Source: Gammaproteobacteria bacterium
Lineage (GTDB): Bacteria; Pseudomonadota; Gammaproteobacteria; SZUA-140
DNA length: 64,000 nucleotides
NCBI GenBank assembly: GCA_015491865.1
Contig: WFVD01000008.1
Coordinates: 138,002-202,001 of the forward strand
Direction of reading: 5' to 3'
Below the pieces are notes generated by a model that was not told the origin of the DNA, searched no databases, and saw only the letters and a list, made by a program, of their open reading frames with translations. Below are positions 43,086 to 51,812 of this stretch, in pieces (position 1 is the stretch's first letter; each line of letters starts with the position of its first letter). The translations under genes were made by a program, and so were the position numbers.

Positions 43086-43610
43086 ATGAAACTCGAAGCG
43101 ATATCAACAGATAACATTCGTAACTCTGTGTTACTACCGTTTGTGGCTGAAACTATTAATACCTTAAAAACCATGGCGGACTTAAAGGGTACAAGCGACC
43201 TGCTAACCTATCATGAGCCGCTTGATTTGTTTAGCTTTAAAGGTTTTGCGGTCTCTATAGATGCTACCTTTACCAATGGCGTAACAAATAATGTCGTGAT
43301 GAACTTTGATGCACAGACAGCCACTATGATTGGAAACAAGGTGCGCTCAGTAATGTTTGGTACCAATGTAGAGGATCTCCTGTTGACGGATGAAAATAGA
43401 GAGGCGCTGGCTGAATTCCTGAATACAGTCGTTGGGTTGGCGACTCGTGAGATTAATGAGACCAGCCACAGGATATCCTTTTCTGCACCGCTCTATATAT
43501 ACAATAAAGAGGATAGTGAGTTTTTAGTGAAAGGGGTTAAAAATATTATGACCGTGCCGGTGGATCTGCAAGCTGCTGGCCGATTCTATTTAAGCTTTCT
43601 TGTACGATAA
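43086..43610 (+). CDS. CheX/CheC-like phosphatase
   Basis: PFV.ET..TLKTMA N-terminus and EALAEFLNTVVGLA carrying the ExxN motif. Confidence 0.75.
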   Translation: MKLEAISTDNIRNSVLLPFVAETINTLKTMADLKGTSDLLTYHEPLDLFSFKGFAVSIDATFTNGVTNNVVMNFDAQTATMIGNKVRSVMFGTNVEDLLLTDENREALAEFLNTVVGLATREINETSHRISFSAPLYIYNKEDSEFLVKGVKNIMTVPVDLQAAGRFYLSFLVR

Positions 43611-43628
43611 CGGATTGAAAGGAGTCGT

Positions 43629-44012
43629 ATGCTGGATAAAGAAAAAGCTATTTTAGTCGTCGATGATACGATGCTGATGCGTGAAGGGTTGCGCCGCGTG
43701 CTGGCCACCATGGGGTATGAAAATATAGTGCAGGCAGAGCATGGCAGGCAGGCACTTAAAATGATAGCAAGTGGCGAGCACGATATTGGCGTTGTGTTTC
43801 TAGATATCGTGATGCCGGTGATGGATGGTCAAGAGGCGTTGAAAACGATTCGTGAAACTGACAAGGAGCTACCAGTAGTGATGGTGACCTCCAGAGCGGA
43901 TAAGGAATCGATTGTTGCGTGCAGTAAACTTGGGATGAGTGGTTATATTTTAAAACCGATCAATGTGGCTGAAGGTGGTGCTGTACTTAAGGAGATTTTT
44001 GCCCGGCTTTAG
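43629..44012 (+). CDS. Single-domain response regulator (CheY-like)
   Basis: ILVVDD, FLDIVMPVMDG, VMVTS, YILKP. Confidence 0.93.
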   Translation: MLDKEKAILVVDDTMLMREGLRRVLATMGYENIVQAEHGRQALKMIASGEHDIGVVFLDIVMPVMDGQEALKTIRETDKELPVVMVTSRADKESIVACSKLGMSGYILKPINVAEGGAVLKEIFARL

Positions 44013-44050
44013 CCGGCCTGTTAGGCCAGCCCCGGGCTGGAGTCTGTTAT

Positions 44051-45046
44051 CTAATCCCATACCAGCGGCGGCTCATCCATCAAGGCCGCCTGTTCGCGCA
44101 GAGCGAGTATATGTTCATCCCAGTAGCGCCCACCATTGAACCACGGGAACGCCTGTGGAAAGGCGGGGTCATTCCAGCGACGTGCAATCCATGCGGCGTA
44201 GTGCATCATCCTGAGTGTGCGCAGCGCCTCTAGCAGGCGCAGCTCTTTTGGGTCGAACTCGCGGAATTCAATATAGCCGTTTAAAAAGTCGGCGAGGCGA
44301 GCAGTCATATAGGGGCGGTCGCCAGAGAGAAACATCCAGATATCCTGTAGTGCAGGCCCCATACGTGCGTCATCAAAGTCAACGATATGTGGTCCGTTAT
44401 CACGCCATAAAACATTGCCGGGATGCATGTCACCATGCAGACGGATGATCTCGACATCACCGGCATTGGCGTAACAGATTCGCACACGTTTAATCAGCTC
44501 TTCGGCGAGCGAGCGGTAGGCATCGGTTAGTCCTTCGGGAACAAAGCCTTGCTCCAGAAGATACTGGTATGAATCGACGCCGAAGTTTTCGATGTTCAGG
44601 GTGGGGCGATATTTGAATGGATACGCCGCGCCCATGTTATGAATGCGCGCCATAAAGCGCCCCATCTGTTCCAGATGGTCGGGGTCATCCAGTTCCGGTG
44701 AGCGGCCGCCGCGGCGTAACGAGAGCGAAAATCGATAGCCGTTATGGCAGTGCAGGGTGGTGCCGTTGCTGTCTGCGATCGGCGCAACCACGGGTATCTC
44801 CAGATCGCTGAGCGCCTGGGTGAAGTGATGTTCTTCGATGATCGCTTCATCAGACCAGCGTGCCGGGCGGTAGAACTTGGCGATTAGCGGTTCATCATCT
44901 TCGATTCCGACCTGATAGACGCGGTTCTCATAACTGTTGAGCGCAAGAAACTGACCATTGCACAGATAGCCCAGACTCTCGACGGCATCAAGGATGGTGT
45001 CGGGGTCGAGCGCTGCGTACGATTCGTTTTCCTTGCTATCTGTCAT
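44051..45046 (-). CDS. srkA: Stress response Ser/Thr kinase SrkA (RdoA/YihE)
   Basis: LNSYENRVY, KFYRPARW, RLHGDMHPGN, DFDDA, WIARRWNDPAFP. Confidence 0.96.
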   Translation of the reverse strand: MTDSKENESYAALDPDTILDAVESLGYLCNGQFLALNSYENRVYQVGIEDDEPLIAKFYRPARWSDEAIIEEHHFTQALSDLEIPVVAPIADSNGTTLHCHNGYRFSLSLRRGGRSPELDDPDHLEQMGRFMARIHNMGAAYPFKYRPTLNIENFGVDSYQYLLEQGFVPEGLTDAYRSLAEELIKRVRICYANAGDVEIIRLHGDMHPGNVLWRDNGPHIVDFDDARMGPALQDIWMFLSGDRPYMTARLADFLNGYIEFREFDPKELRLLEALRTLRMMHYAAWIARRWNDPAFPQAFPWFNGGRYWDEHILALREQAALMDEPPLVWD

Positions 45047-45058
45047 GAGAGAGCTGGT

Positions 45059-46942
45059 TTACGCCTCCAGTGCTTCCCAGCGTTGATAACAGCTGGTGAG
45101 CTCTGTCTCGATCTTGGCCAGCTGCTCGTTAGCTTTGGTAACGGCATCGCCCGCTTGCTGATAAAAGTCAGGGTCGCCCAGTTTTGCGATCCACTCCGAC
45201 TGCTCATGCTCTAACTGCTCAATCTTTTTTGGTAGCGCTTCAAGCTCGCGCTGATCTTTATAACTGAGTTTTTTTGCCTGTTCTTTCCTGGGTTTTGCAC
45301 TGCCTGCTGGTGGTTCTGTTTTTTTCGCTGTGGTGGCAGGTTTGGCATCTGCCTTCTGGCGCAGCCAGTCATCATAGCCACCGACATATTCATTGATCAC
45401 ACCATCGCCTTCAAATACCAGCGTGCTGGTGATGACATTGTTGATAAAGGCGCGGTCATGGCTGACGAGCAGCAGAGTCCCTTTGTAGTTAAGCAGTAAC
45501 TCCTCAAGTAGTTCGAGGGTCTCAACATCCAGGTCATTGGTCGGCTCATCCATCACCAGAAGGTTGGCCGGTTTCGTAAACAGCCGCGCCAGTAATAAGC
45601 GATTACGCTCACCACCGGAGAGCGCCTTTACCGGGGTGCGGGCGCGCTCAGGTGAAAAGAGAAAATCCTGCAGGTAGCTGATGATGTGGCGTTCAACACC
45701 GTTGATGGTGACCTTGTCGCTCCCCTGTGCGAGGTTGTCGATCACGCTCTTTGATTCATCGAGTACCGAGCGGTGCTGGTCAAAATAGGCAACTTCAATT
45801 TTAGTGCCGAGTTTAATGGTGCCCGACTTCGGTTGCTCTTCGCCCAGCAGCGCTTTTAACAGCGTGGTCTTACCTGCGCCATTGGGGCCGAGAATGCCGA
45901 TCTTGTCGCCGCGCAGAATCACCGTTGAAAAATCGCGGATGATGGTTCTGTCACCATAGCGTTGTGTGATGTGGTCTGCTTCAACCACCAGCTTGCCGGA
46001 GCGTTCGCCCCCCTGCAGCGCCATACGCACGCTGCCCATCTTTCTGCGTCGCTCGTTATGTTGGCGGCGCATCTCCTCAAGCGCACGTACACGCCCTTCG
46101 TTACGGGTGCGGCGTGCTTTGATCCCCTGTCGAATCCACACCTCTTCCTGCGCCAGCTTTTTATCGAACAGTGCATGCTCGGTCGCTTCGGCGTCGAGCG
46201 CCTCCTGTTTACGCTGCAGGTAGGTCTCATAGTTGCCGGGCCAGCTGGTGAGGCGGCCACGGTCCAGTTCGATGATGCGGGTGGCAAGCTTCCTGAGCAG
46301 TGCGCGATCATGTGTCACAAAGAGCAGTGTGCCGTCAAAGTCGAGCAGAAACTCTTCCAGCCAGCGGATCGCTTCGATGTCGAGGTGGTTGGTCGGCTCA
46401 TCCAGCATCAACAGGTCAGGCTTGTTGACCAGCGCTCGTGCCAGCAGGACGCGCCGCTTAAGTCCGCCGGAGAGCTCACTAAACTCCATTTCCGGGTCTA
46501 GCTGCATACGGGTCAGCGTGCTAGTCACTTTCTGGTCCACCTCCCAGCCGCCACTCTCTTCCAGTTTATGCTGTGCCTGTTCGAAGCGTTTCATTATTTT
46601 GTCACTGGTGTCATGAGCAAGCTCATGGCTGATGCGGTGGAACTCGGCAAGCAGCTTGCCGACTTCGCCAAGGCCATCGGCGACCACATCAAAGATGGTG
46701 CCAGTGAGATCACGTGGCACCTCCTGCGTCAGGCGGGTGATGTTGATACCCTGCCTGTAGACCACCTCACCTTCATCTGCCTTGATCTCAGCGGCGATCA
46801 GTTTCATCAGTGTAGACTTGCCAGTACCGTTGCGGCCGACGAGGCAGAGGCGTTCACCGCGCTCAATCTTGAGGTCGATATGTTCGAGTAGTGCCGGGCC
46901 GCCAAAGCCGAGGTTAACGGCGCGTAGGGTAATGAGTGCCAT
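45059..46942 (-). CDS. uup: ABC-F family ATPase Uup
   Basis: Two ABC domains, linker EEVWIRQGIKARRTRNEGRVRAL, C-terminal KLSYKDQREL. Confidence 0.95.
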   Translation of the reverse strand: MALITLRAVNLGFGGPALLEHIDLKIERGERLCLVGRNGTGKSTLMKLIAAEIKADEGEVVYRQGINITRLTQEVPRDLTGTIFDVVADGLGEVGKLLAEFHRISHELAHDTSDKIMKRFEQAQHKLEESGGWEVDQKVTSTLTRMQLDPEMEFSELSGGLKRRVLLARALVNKPDLLMLDEPTNHLDIEAIRWLEEFLLDFDGTLLFVTHDRALLRKLATRIIELDRGRLTSWPGNYETYLQRKQEALDAEATEHALFDKKLAQEEVWIRQGIKARRTRNEGRVRALEEMRRQHNERRRKMGSVRMALQGGERSGKLVVEADHITQRYGDRTIIRDFSTVILRGDKIGILGPNGAGKTTLLKALLGEEQPKSGTIKLGTKIEVAYFDQHRSVLDESKSVIDNLAQGSDKVTINGVERHIISYLQDFLFSPERARTPVKALSGGERNRLLLARLFTKPANLLVMDEPTNDLDVETLELLEELLLNYKGTLLLVSHDRAFINNVITSTLVFEGDGVINEYVGGYDDWLRQKADAKPATTAKKTEPPAGSAKPRKEQAKKLSYKDQRELEALPKKIEQLEHEQSEWIAKLGDPDFYQQAGDAVTKANEQLAKIETELTSCYQRWEALEA

Positions 46943-47084
46943 GGTTCAGGGTGATTCCATATTCGGTGTTGCGAAATTTGATGCCATTATTAATGACGAC
47001 GGGATTATCGCACATTGGGTGAGGTAAGCTGTGAGAAAGATCACCCCGGCCTGCAGAGCGAGGCCGAGGTGAGCGGTTGCGGGA

Positions 47085-48434
47085 TTAGCTGTTGGCTTCC
47101 GCCAGTTTTTTCTCCAGATAATGAATGTTAGTGCTGCCGCTCTGGAAGTGAGTGTCGTTCATAATATCGCGGTGCAGCGGGGTGTTGGTGGTGATCCCTT
47201 CGATCACCAGCTCGCCCAGTGCGGTACGCATGCGGTTGATCGCGGAAGTGCGTGAGTTGCCGTGGGTAATCAGTTTGCCGATCATTGAGTCGTAATAGGG
47301 CGGTACGGTGTAGCCGTTATAGAGATGGGTATCGACCCGCACACCGGGGCCGCCGGGCTGGTGGAACTGGGTGATTCTGCCGGGAGAGGGGGTGAACTTT
47401 TTTGGGTCTTCCGCATTGATGCGACATTCGATTGCGTGGCCTCGGAGTTTGATGTCGCTCTGCTGATAGGTCAGCTCTTCGCCGGAAGCGATGCGTAGCT
47501 GCTCTTTGACCAGGTCGACGCCGGTGACCATCTCCGTGACAGGGTGCTCTACCTGCAGGCGCGTATTCATCTCAATGAAATAGAACTTGCCATCTTCATA
47601 GAGGAACTCAAAGGTGCCGGCGCCGAGGTAGCCGATCTCACGGCAGGCGTTGGCGCACACTTCACCGATCTGGTTGCGCAGCTCTTCAGAGATGCCAGGA
47701 GCGGGTGCCTCTTCCACGACTTTTTGGTGGCGACGCTGCATGGAGCAGTCTCGCTCGCCGAGATGAATGGCGTTGCCATGAGAATCAGACAGCACCTGAA
47801 TCTCAATATGGCGCGGGTTCTCCAGAAATTTTTCCATGTAGAGGGTGTCGTTACCAAAGGCGCTACCCGCTTCGGCACGTGTTAGAGAGATGGCGTTATT
47901 GAGCGCAGCATCACTGTGTACCACGCGCATACCGCGGCCACCACCGCCACCGGCAGCCTTGATGATCACGGGGTAACCGATCTCGTTCGCAAGCTTGAGA
48001 TTTGTTTCGGCGTCATCGCCCAGTGGGCCGTCGGAGCCAGGTACACAGGGGACGCCGCTCTTTTTCATCGCCGTGATAGCGGAAATTTTATCGCCCATGG
48101 TGCGGATGGTGTCGGGGCGTGGGCCGATAAAGACAAAACCACTCTGCTCAACACGTTCTGCAAAATCTGCATTTTCCGATAAAAAGCCGTAGCCGGGGTG
48201 GATCGCAACGGCATCGGTAACTTCGGCCGCACTGATGATAGCCGGCACATTAAGGTAGCTTTCCATCGATGAGGGTGGCCCGATGCAGACAGACTCATCT
48301 GCCAGCCGGACATGTTTCAGGTCGCGGTCAGCCGACGAATGGGCGGCAACTGTTTTAATGCCCAGTTCACGGCAGGCACGCAGAATACGCAGTCCGATTT
48401 CGCCTCGATTGGCGATGACGATCTTTTCAAACAT
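47085..48434 (-). CDS. accC: Acetyl-CoA carboxylase, biotin carboxylase subunit
   Basis: [43 protein letters not shown]. Confidence 0.98.
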   Translation of the reverse strand: MFEKIVIANRGEIGLRILRACRELGIKTVAAHSSADRDLKHVRLADESVCIGPPSSMESYLNVPAIISAAEVTDAVAIHPGYGFLSENADFAERVEQSGFVFIGPRPDTIRTMGDKISAITAMKKSGVPCVPGSDGPLGDDAETNLKLANEIGYPVIIKAAGGGGGRGMRVVHSDAALNNAISLTRAEAGSAFGNDTLYMEKFLENPRHIEIQVLSDSHGNAIHLGERDCSMQRRHQKVVEEAPAPGISEELRNQIGEVCANACREIGYLGAGTFEFLYEDGKFYFIEMNTRLQVEHPVTEMVTGVDLVKEQLRIASGEELTYQQSDIKLRGHAIECRINAEDPKKFTPSPGRITQFHQPGGPGVRVDTHLYNGYTVPPYYDSMIGKLITHGNSRTSAINRMRTALGELVIEGITTNTPLHRDIMNDTHFQSGSTNIHYLEKKLAEANS

Positions 48435-48449
48435 GGCAGTTATTCCAAA

Positions 48450-48902
48450 TTATTCGACGGTGAAAAGGGTTTCGCCATATTCTACTGGCTGCCCGTTTTC
48501 AACCAGCACATCGACGATAACACCCGCTTTGTCAGCCTCTATCTGGTTCAGCATCTTCATCGCTTCGATGATGCAGAGGGTGTCGCCGATATTAACGCGC
48601 TGGCCCACCTCAACAAAAGGTTTTGCCCCGGGTGCCGCAGCGCGGTAGAAGGTGCCAACCATTGGCGCTGTAATTGGGTTTCCGTGGATAATGGCAGCTT
48701 CAGCTGTCTTGGTGGCAGGCTCAGCGACGACGACTGGGGGAGGCGCTGCCGCAGGAGGTGGCGCAACCATGGCGGGTTGTGAGGCAACCACCTGGCTGGT
48801 GCGGCTAATGCGGACCGATTCCTTGTCTTCATGAATCTCGATCTCGGCGAGATCAGACTCTTCCAGCAGTTCGATCAGTTTCTTTATTTTTCGTATATCC
48901 AT
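48450..48902 (-). CDS. accB: Biotin carboxyl carrier protein
   Basis: [14 protein letters not shown]-terminus and EAMKM biotinylation site. Confidence 0.98.
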   Translation of the reverse strand: MDIRKIKKLIELLEESDLAEIEIHEDKESVRISRTSQVVASQPAMVAPPPAAAPPPVVVAEPATKTAEAAIIHGNPITAPMVGTFYRAAAPGAKPFVEVGQRVNIGDTLCIIEAMKMLNQIEADKAGVIVDVLVENGQPVEYGETLFTVE

Positions 48903-48939
48903 TTGGGCGCTCTATAAAATGTTTGTTTAATAATGATAT

Positions 48940-49383
48940 TTAGTCTGTTTCAAGCTGTTTGATAGCAGCCTGTAGTGCAAGTTCGTAGCCAATTGGTCCC
49001 AGCCCGCAGATCACGCCCTCGGCAATATCAGAGAAAAAGGAGTGATGCCTGAACGCTTCGCGCGCGTGGACGTTGGAGAGATGAATCTCAATAAACGGGA
49101 TGCGGGTGGCGCAAAGCGCATCCCGAATCGCAACACTGGTGTGGGTAAAGGCCGCAGGGTTGATGATGATAAAGGCGACATCCTCTTTTTTAGCAGCATG
49201 TAGCCGATCGACCAGCTCATGTTCTGCATTGCTCTGAAAGCTGGAGAGTTGGTGTCCGGCTCCCTGAGCGGCTTTTTCGAGGCGCTGGTTAATTGTGGCC
49301 AGCGTGTCGCTGCCGTAGTGGCCAGGTTCCCGTTCACCCAGCAGATTCAGGTTAGGGCCATTTAAAATGAGTAATTTAGCCAT
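48940..49383 (-). CDS. aroQ: Type II 3-dehydroquinate dehydratase
   Basis: [42 protein letters not shown]. Confidence 0.98.
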   Translation of the reverse strand: MAKLLILNGPNLNLLGEREPGHYGSDTLATINQRLEKAAQGAGHQLSSFQSNAEHELVDRLHAAKKEDVAFIIINPAAFTHTSVAIRDALCATRIPFIEIHLSNVHAREAFRHHSFFSDIAEGVICGLGPIGYELALQAAIKQLETD

Positions 49384-49565
49384 CAGCGTGGTTATTATCC
49401 GGTTAAATCCTGCTAAATCCCGTTAAGTTGCTTTCAACTGACGGTTATTAAACCTGTCAGCCGCCATGGCTTCTAATTTAGCACCATTTTATAGAATTTG
49501 TCTAGATTCGTGGAGATTACAACAAAATCGCAGAAGATCATGGGGGTTTAGCTGAGGGATGGTGT

Positions 49566-51014
49566 TTATGGCATGAGTGGGCGCAGCGTCAGTACTGCGG
49601 CTAGAATCAGTAGCGGAAAGACGAGGTTAAGGCGAAAACCGGCTTTAATCATCTCGCTCATTGAGACCCGTTCAGTACCAAAAACGATCGCATTGGGCGG
49701 CGTGGCTACCGGCATCATAAAGGCGCAGGAGGCCGCGAGCGTTGCGGTGAGCAGCAGCTGGGTGACATCGTGATCGCTGGCGATGGCAACCGCGGCCAGG
49801 ACCGGCAGCATCACCTGGGTGGTGGCGGTGTTGCTCGTCACCTCGGTGAGGAAGACGATCACCAGTGCAATACCGAGCAACATCAGTGGCAGCGGCACAG
49901 CGCTAAGAAACTGGAGTTGCTGCCCCACCCAGAATGAGAGGCCCGAGCTTTTCATCCCCATCGCGAGGGCAAAGCCGCCGCCGAGCAGCAGGATGATGTC
50001 CCACGGTAGACGGCCGATGGTCGATTTATCCATGATCGGTTTGCCGTTGCGGATCGGCACAAGAAACAGAATGAGTGCCGCGATGATCGCCACGGTGCCG
50101 TCATCGACCCCCTGGTAGGGTAGCAGCGAGGCCCAGCCGGGGATGTCGATCCCTTCACCCTGTATCCCCTTGCGTGTCATCCAGGCGACGGCGGTTATCC
50201 CTAGCACCCAGGCGACAAAGCGTTCATCACGGCGCATGGTGCCGAGGCTCTGCAGCTCGGCTGAGATCCCCTCAATCGCCGCGTTAGACCAGTTCAGGTT
50301 GCGCACGCGTCGCCCCAGATAGAGCACTACGACCGTGATACCTGCGATTACCACCGGAACGCCAACCATCATCCACTGAAGAAAGCTGGGCACATCATCA
50401 GGCGCTGCTGCCCGCATGTTTTCGAGGAAGACCAGGTTGGGCACCGTGCCGACTGGTGTCCCCATGCCGCCAATGTTGGCGCTATAGGCGATGGTTAGTA
50501 GCAGGGTGCTGGCCATCACCACCATCGTTTTACCATCGAATACCCTGTCGAGGCGGGTCAGTACGGCGATGGCGATGGTGGCCATCAGCATGGTGGTTGC
50601 GGTGTTGGAGATCCACATCGACAGAAAAGCGGTTGAGAGGGCAAAGCCCAGGAGTATCTGAAGCGGGCTGCCGTGCAGATGTGACAGAATGACGAGCGCA
50701 ATGCGTTGATGTAGCCCGGTGCGCTCCATTGCCTGCGCAATCAGAAAGCCGCCGATAAAGAGAAACATGATGCTGCCCATGTAGCGCGGCGCGGTCTCTT
50801 TGGCGGTGGCGATGCCCATGATGGGAAAGGCGATCAGTGGGATTAGCGCAGTAACGGCGAGCGGCACGCATTCACTGAGCCACCAGATCGCCATCCAGAT
50901 AACCACACCCAGCATCGATGCGGCGAGAGGGTGGCCGGGGATCTCGACAAAGACAGCGACCGACAGCCCCAGCAGTGGCCCAAGCAGGAGAGCGATCTGT
51001 TTAACGCGTATCAT
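49566..51014 (-). CDS. SLC13/DASS family anion:sodium symporter
   Basis: SMWISNTATT, TPVGTVPN, TEVTSNTAT, AFMMPVATPPNAIVF. Confidence 0.94.
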   Translation of the reverse strand: MIRVKQIALLLGPLLGLSVAVFVEIPGHPLAASMLGVVIWMAIWWLSECVPLAVTALIPLIAFPIMGIATAKETAPRYMGSIMFLFIGGFLIAQAMERTGLHQRIALVILSHLHGSPLQILLGFALSTAFLSMWISNTATTMLMATIAIAVLTRLDRVFDGKTMVVMASTLLLTIAYSANIGGMGTPVGTVPNLVFLENMRAAAPDDVPSFLQWMMVGVPVVIAGITVVVLYLGRRVRNLNWSNAAIEGISAELQSLGTMRRDERFVAWVLGITAVAWMTRKGIQGEGIDIPGWASLLPYQGVDDGTVAIIAALILFLVPIRNGKPIMDKSTIGRLPWDIILLLGGGFALAMGMKSSGLSFWVGQQLQFLSAVPLPLMLLGIALVIVFLTEVTSNTATTQVMLPVLAAVAIASDHDVTQLLLTATLAASCAFMMPVATPPNAIVFGTERVSMSEMIKAGFRLNLVFPLLILAAVLTLRPLMP

Positions 51015-51042
51015 ATTGCGCGGAGTCTGAAATTAAGCGGGA

Positions 51043-51483
51043 TTAATCGGTGCCCGCAATGCCTTCGGGAGCCTTCCAGCTATTAACCTTTTTAAATAAA
51101 AACTTAAGGTGTGGCCCATCGAATTTCTTATCGGTGTAGTACCAGAACTCGGAGGCACCGCTGCGGATCTTGAGCGGTTCACCAAGCAGATCACGCACAT
51201 CCTCATAATTCATGCCGACACGGAGGTGAATCCAGTTGGTTGGGTCGCTCCACTCACCGGGATTCGTCGGTGGCGGTAGTGAGCTTTTGGTTTTGATGAT
51301 GGTGGTGCGGGTCACCGTAGCCGGTTTTTTCTCAATGCTGTTGAGGCGCTGTTCCAGCTCATTGAGGCGCTGGGTGAGTTTATCGATCTGCATCTGCAGT
51401 GAACGGTCAGATGATGCCAGAGTGGGAGTGGTGAGCAACACGCTCGCCAGCAAGGCTGTGCCAAAATATGGGAATATTTTCAT
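51043..51483 (-). CDS. Secreted hypothetical protein: coiled coil plus SmpA/BamE-like domain
   Basis: Signal peptide MKIFPYFGTALLASVLL, LRVGMNYEDVRDLLGEP...FWYY. The ORF-track extension to 51579 runs through the CRISPR repeat and is rejected. Confidence 0.7.
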   Translation of the reverse strand: MKIFPYFGTALLASVLLTTPTLASSDRSLQMQIDKLTQRLNELEQRLNSIEKKPATVTRTTIIKTKSSLPPPTNPGEWSDPTNWIHLRVGMNYEDVRDLLGEPLKIRSGASEFWYYTDKKFDGPHLKFLFKKVNSWKAPEGIAGTD

Positions 51484-51540
51484 CTGTCCAGCATAGTGAA
51501 ATCGTGTTGGGTGGTCAATCGGCATGCGGTGGTTTACAGT

Positions 51541-51606
51541 GTTCCGATACCCCACCATCGGAATGCTTGATAAACTCACTTCGCTTGCAGCATCACTGAG
51601 CTAGGA
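51541..51606 (+). CRISPR. CRISPR array remnant: one 36-bp repeat (51541-51576) and one 30-bp putative spacer (51577-51606)
   Basis: Repeat GTTCCGATACCCCACCATCGGAATGCTTGATAAACT; 51550-51572 is the exact reverse complement of 55167-55189 (anti-repeat). The next 30 nt are followed by GT and then cas1 sequence. Repeat ends are inferred from a single copy. Confidence 0.82.
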
Positions 51607-51812
51607 GTAATCAGTACCGCTGCTCCGGCCTCAGCCAATATGCGTAATACGTTGACTGTCAGGCTGATGGTGTGGTGATGCAAACACAGTACGGCGATGT
51701 CAGCAGGTAGTACATGCGCGTCCTCATGATCCTGTCGTGCAATCCTGATGCGGCCCAAATCCACCGACAGGTGGGCGGGGTTTTCGATGAGAAGGATGCG
51801 GTTATCAGGCAT
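51576..51812 (-). pseudogene. cas1: Truncated type II Cas1 (about 69 N-terminal codons; the last ~10 codons read into the spacer)
   Basis: RILLIENPAHLSVDLGRIRI...DIAVLCL...ISLTVNVLRILAEAGAAVLIT matches type II Cas1 N-termini; start overlaps the cas9 stop (TAATG). Confidence 0.88.

Noticed and set aside
47905..47916. 12-nt match (gcagcatcactg) between the CRISPR spacer and accC, suggesting self-targeting
   Set aside because: Too short; the flanks diverge and such a match is plausible by chance in 64 kb.
51484..51579. N-terminal extension of the 178-aa ORF
   Set aside because: It reads through the CRISPR repeat; the signal-peptide start at 51483 is more plausible.
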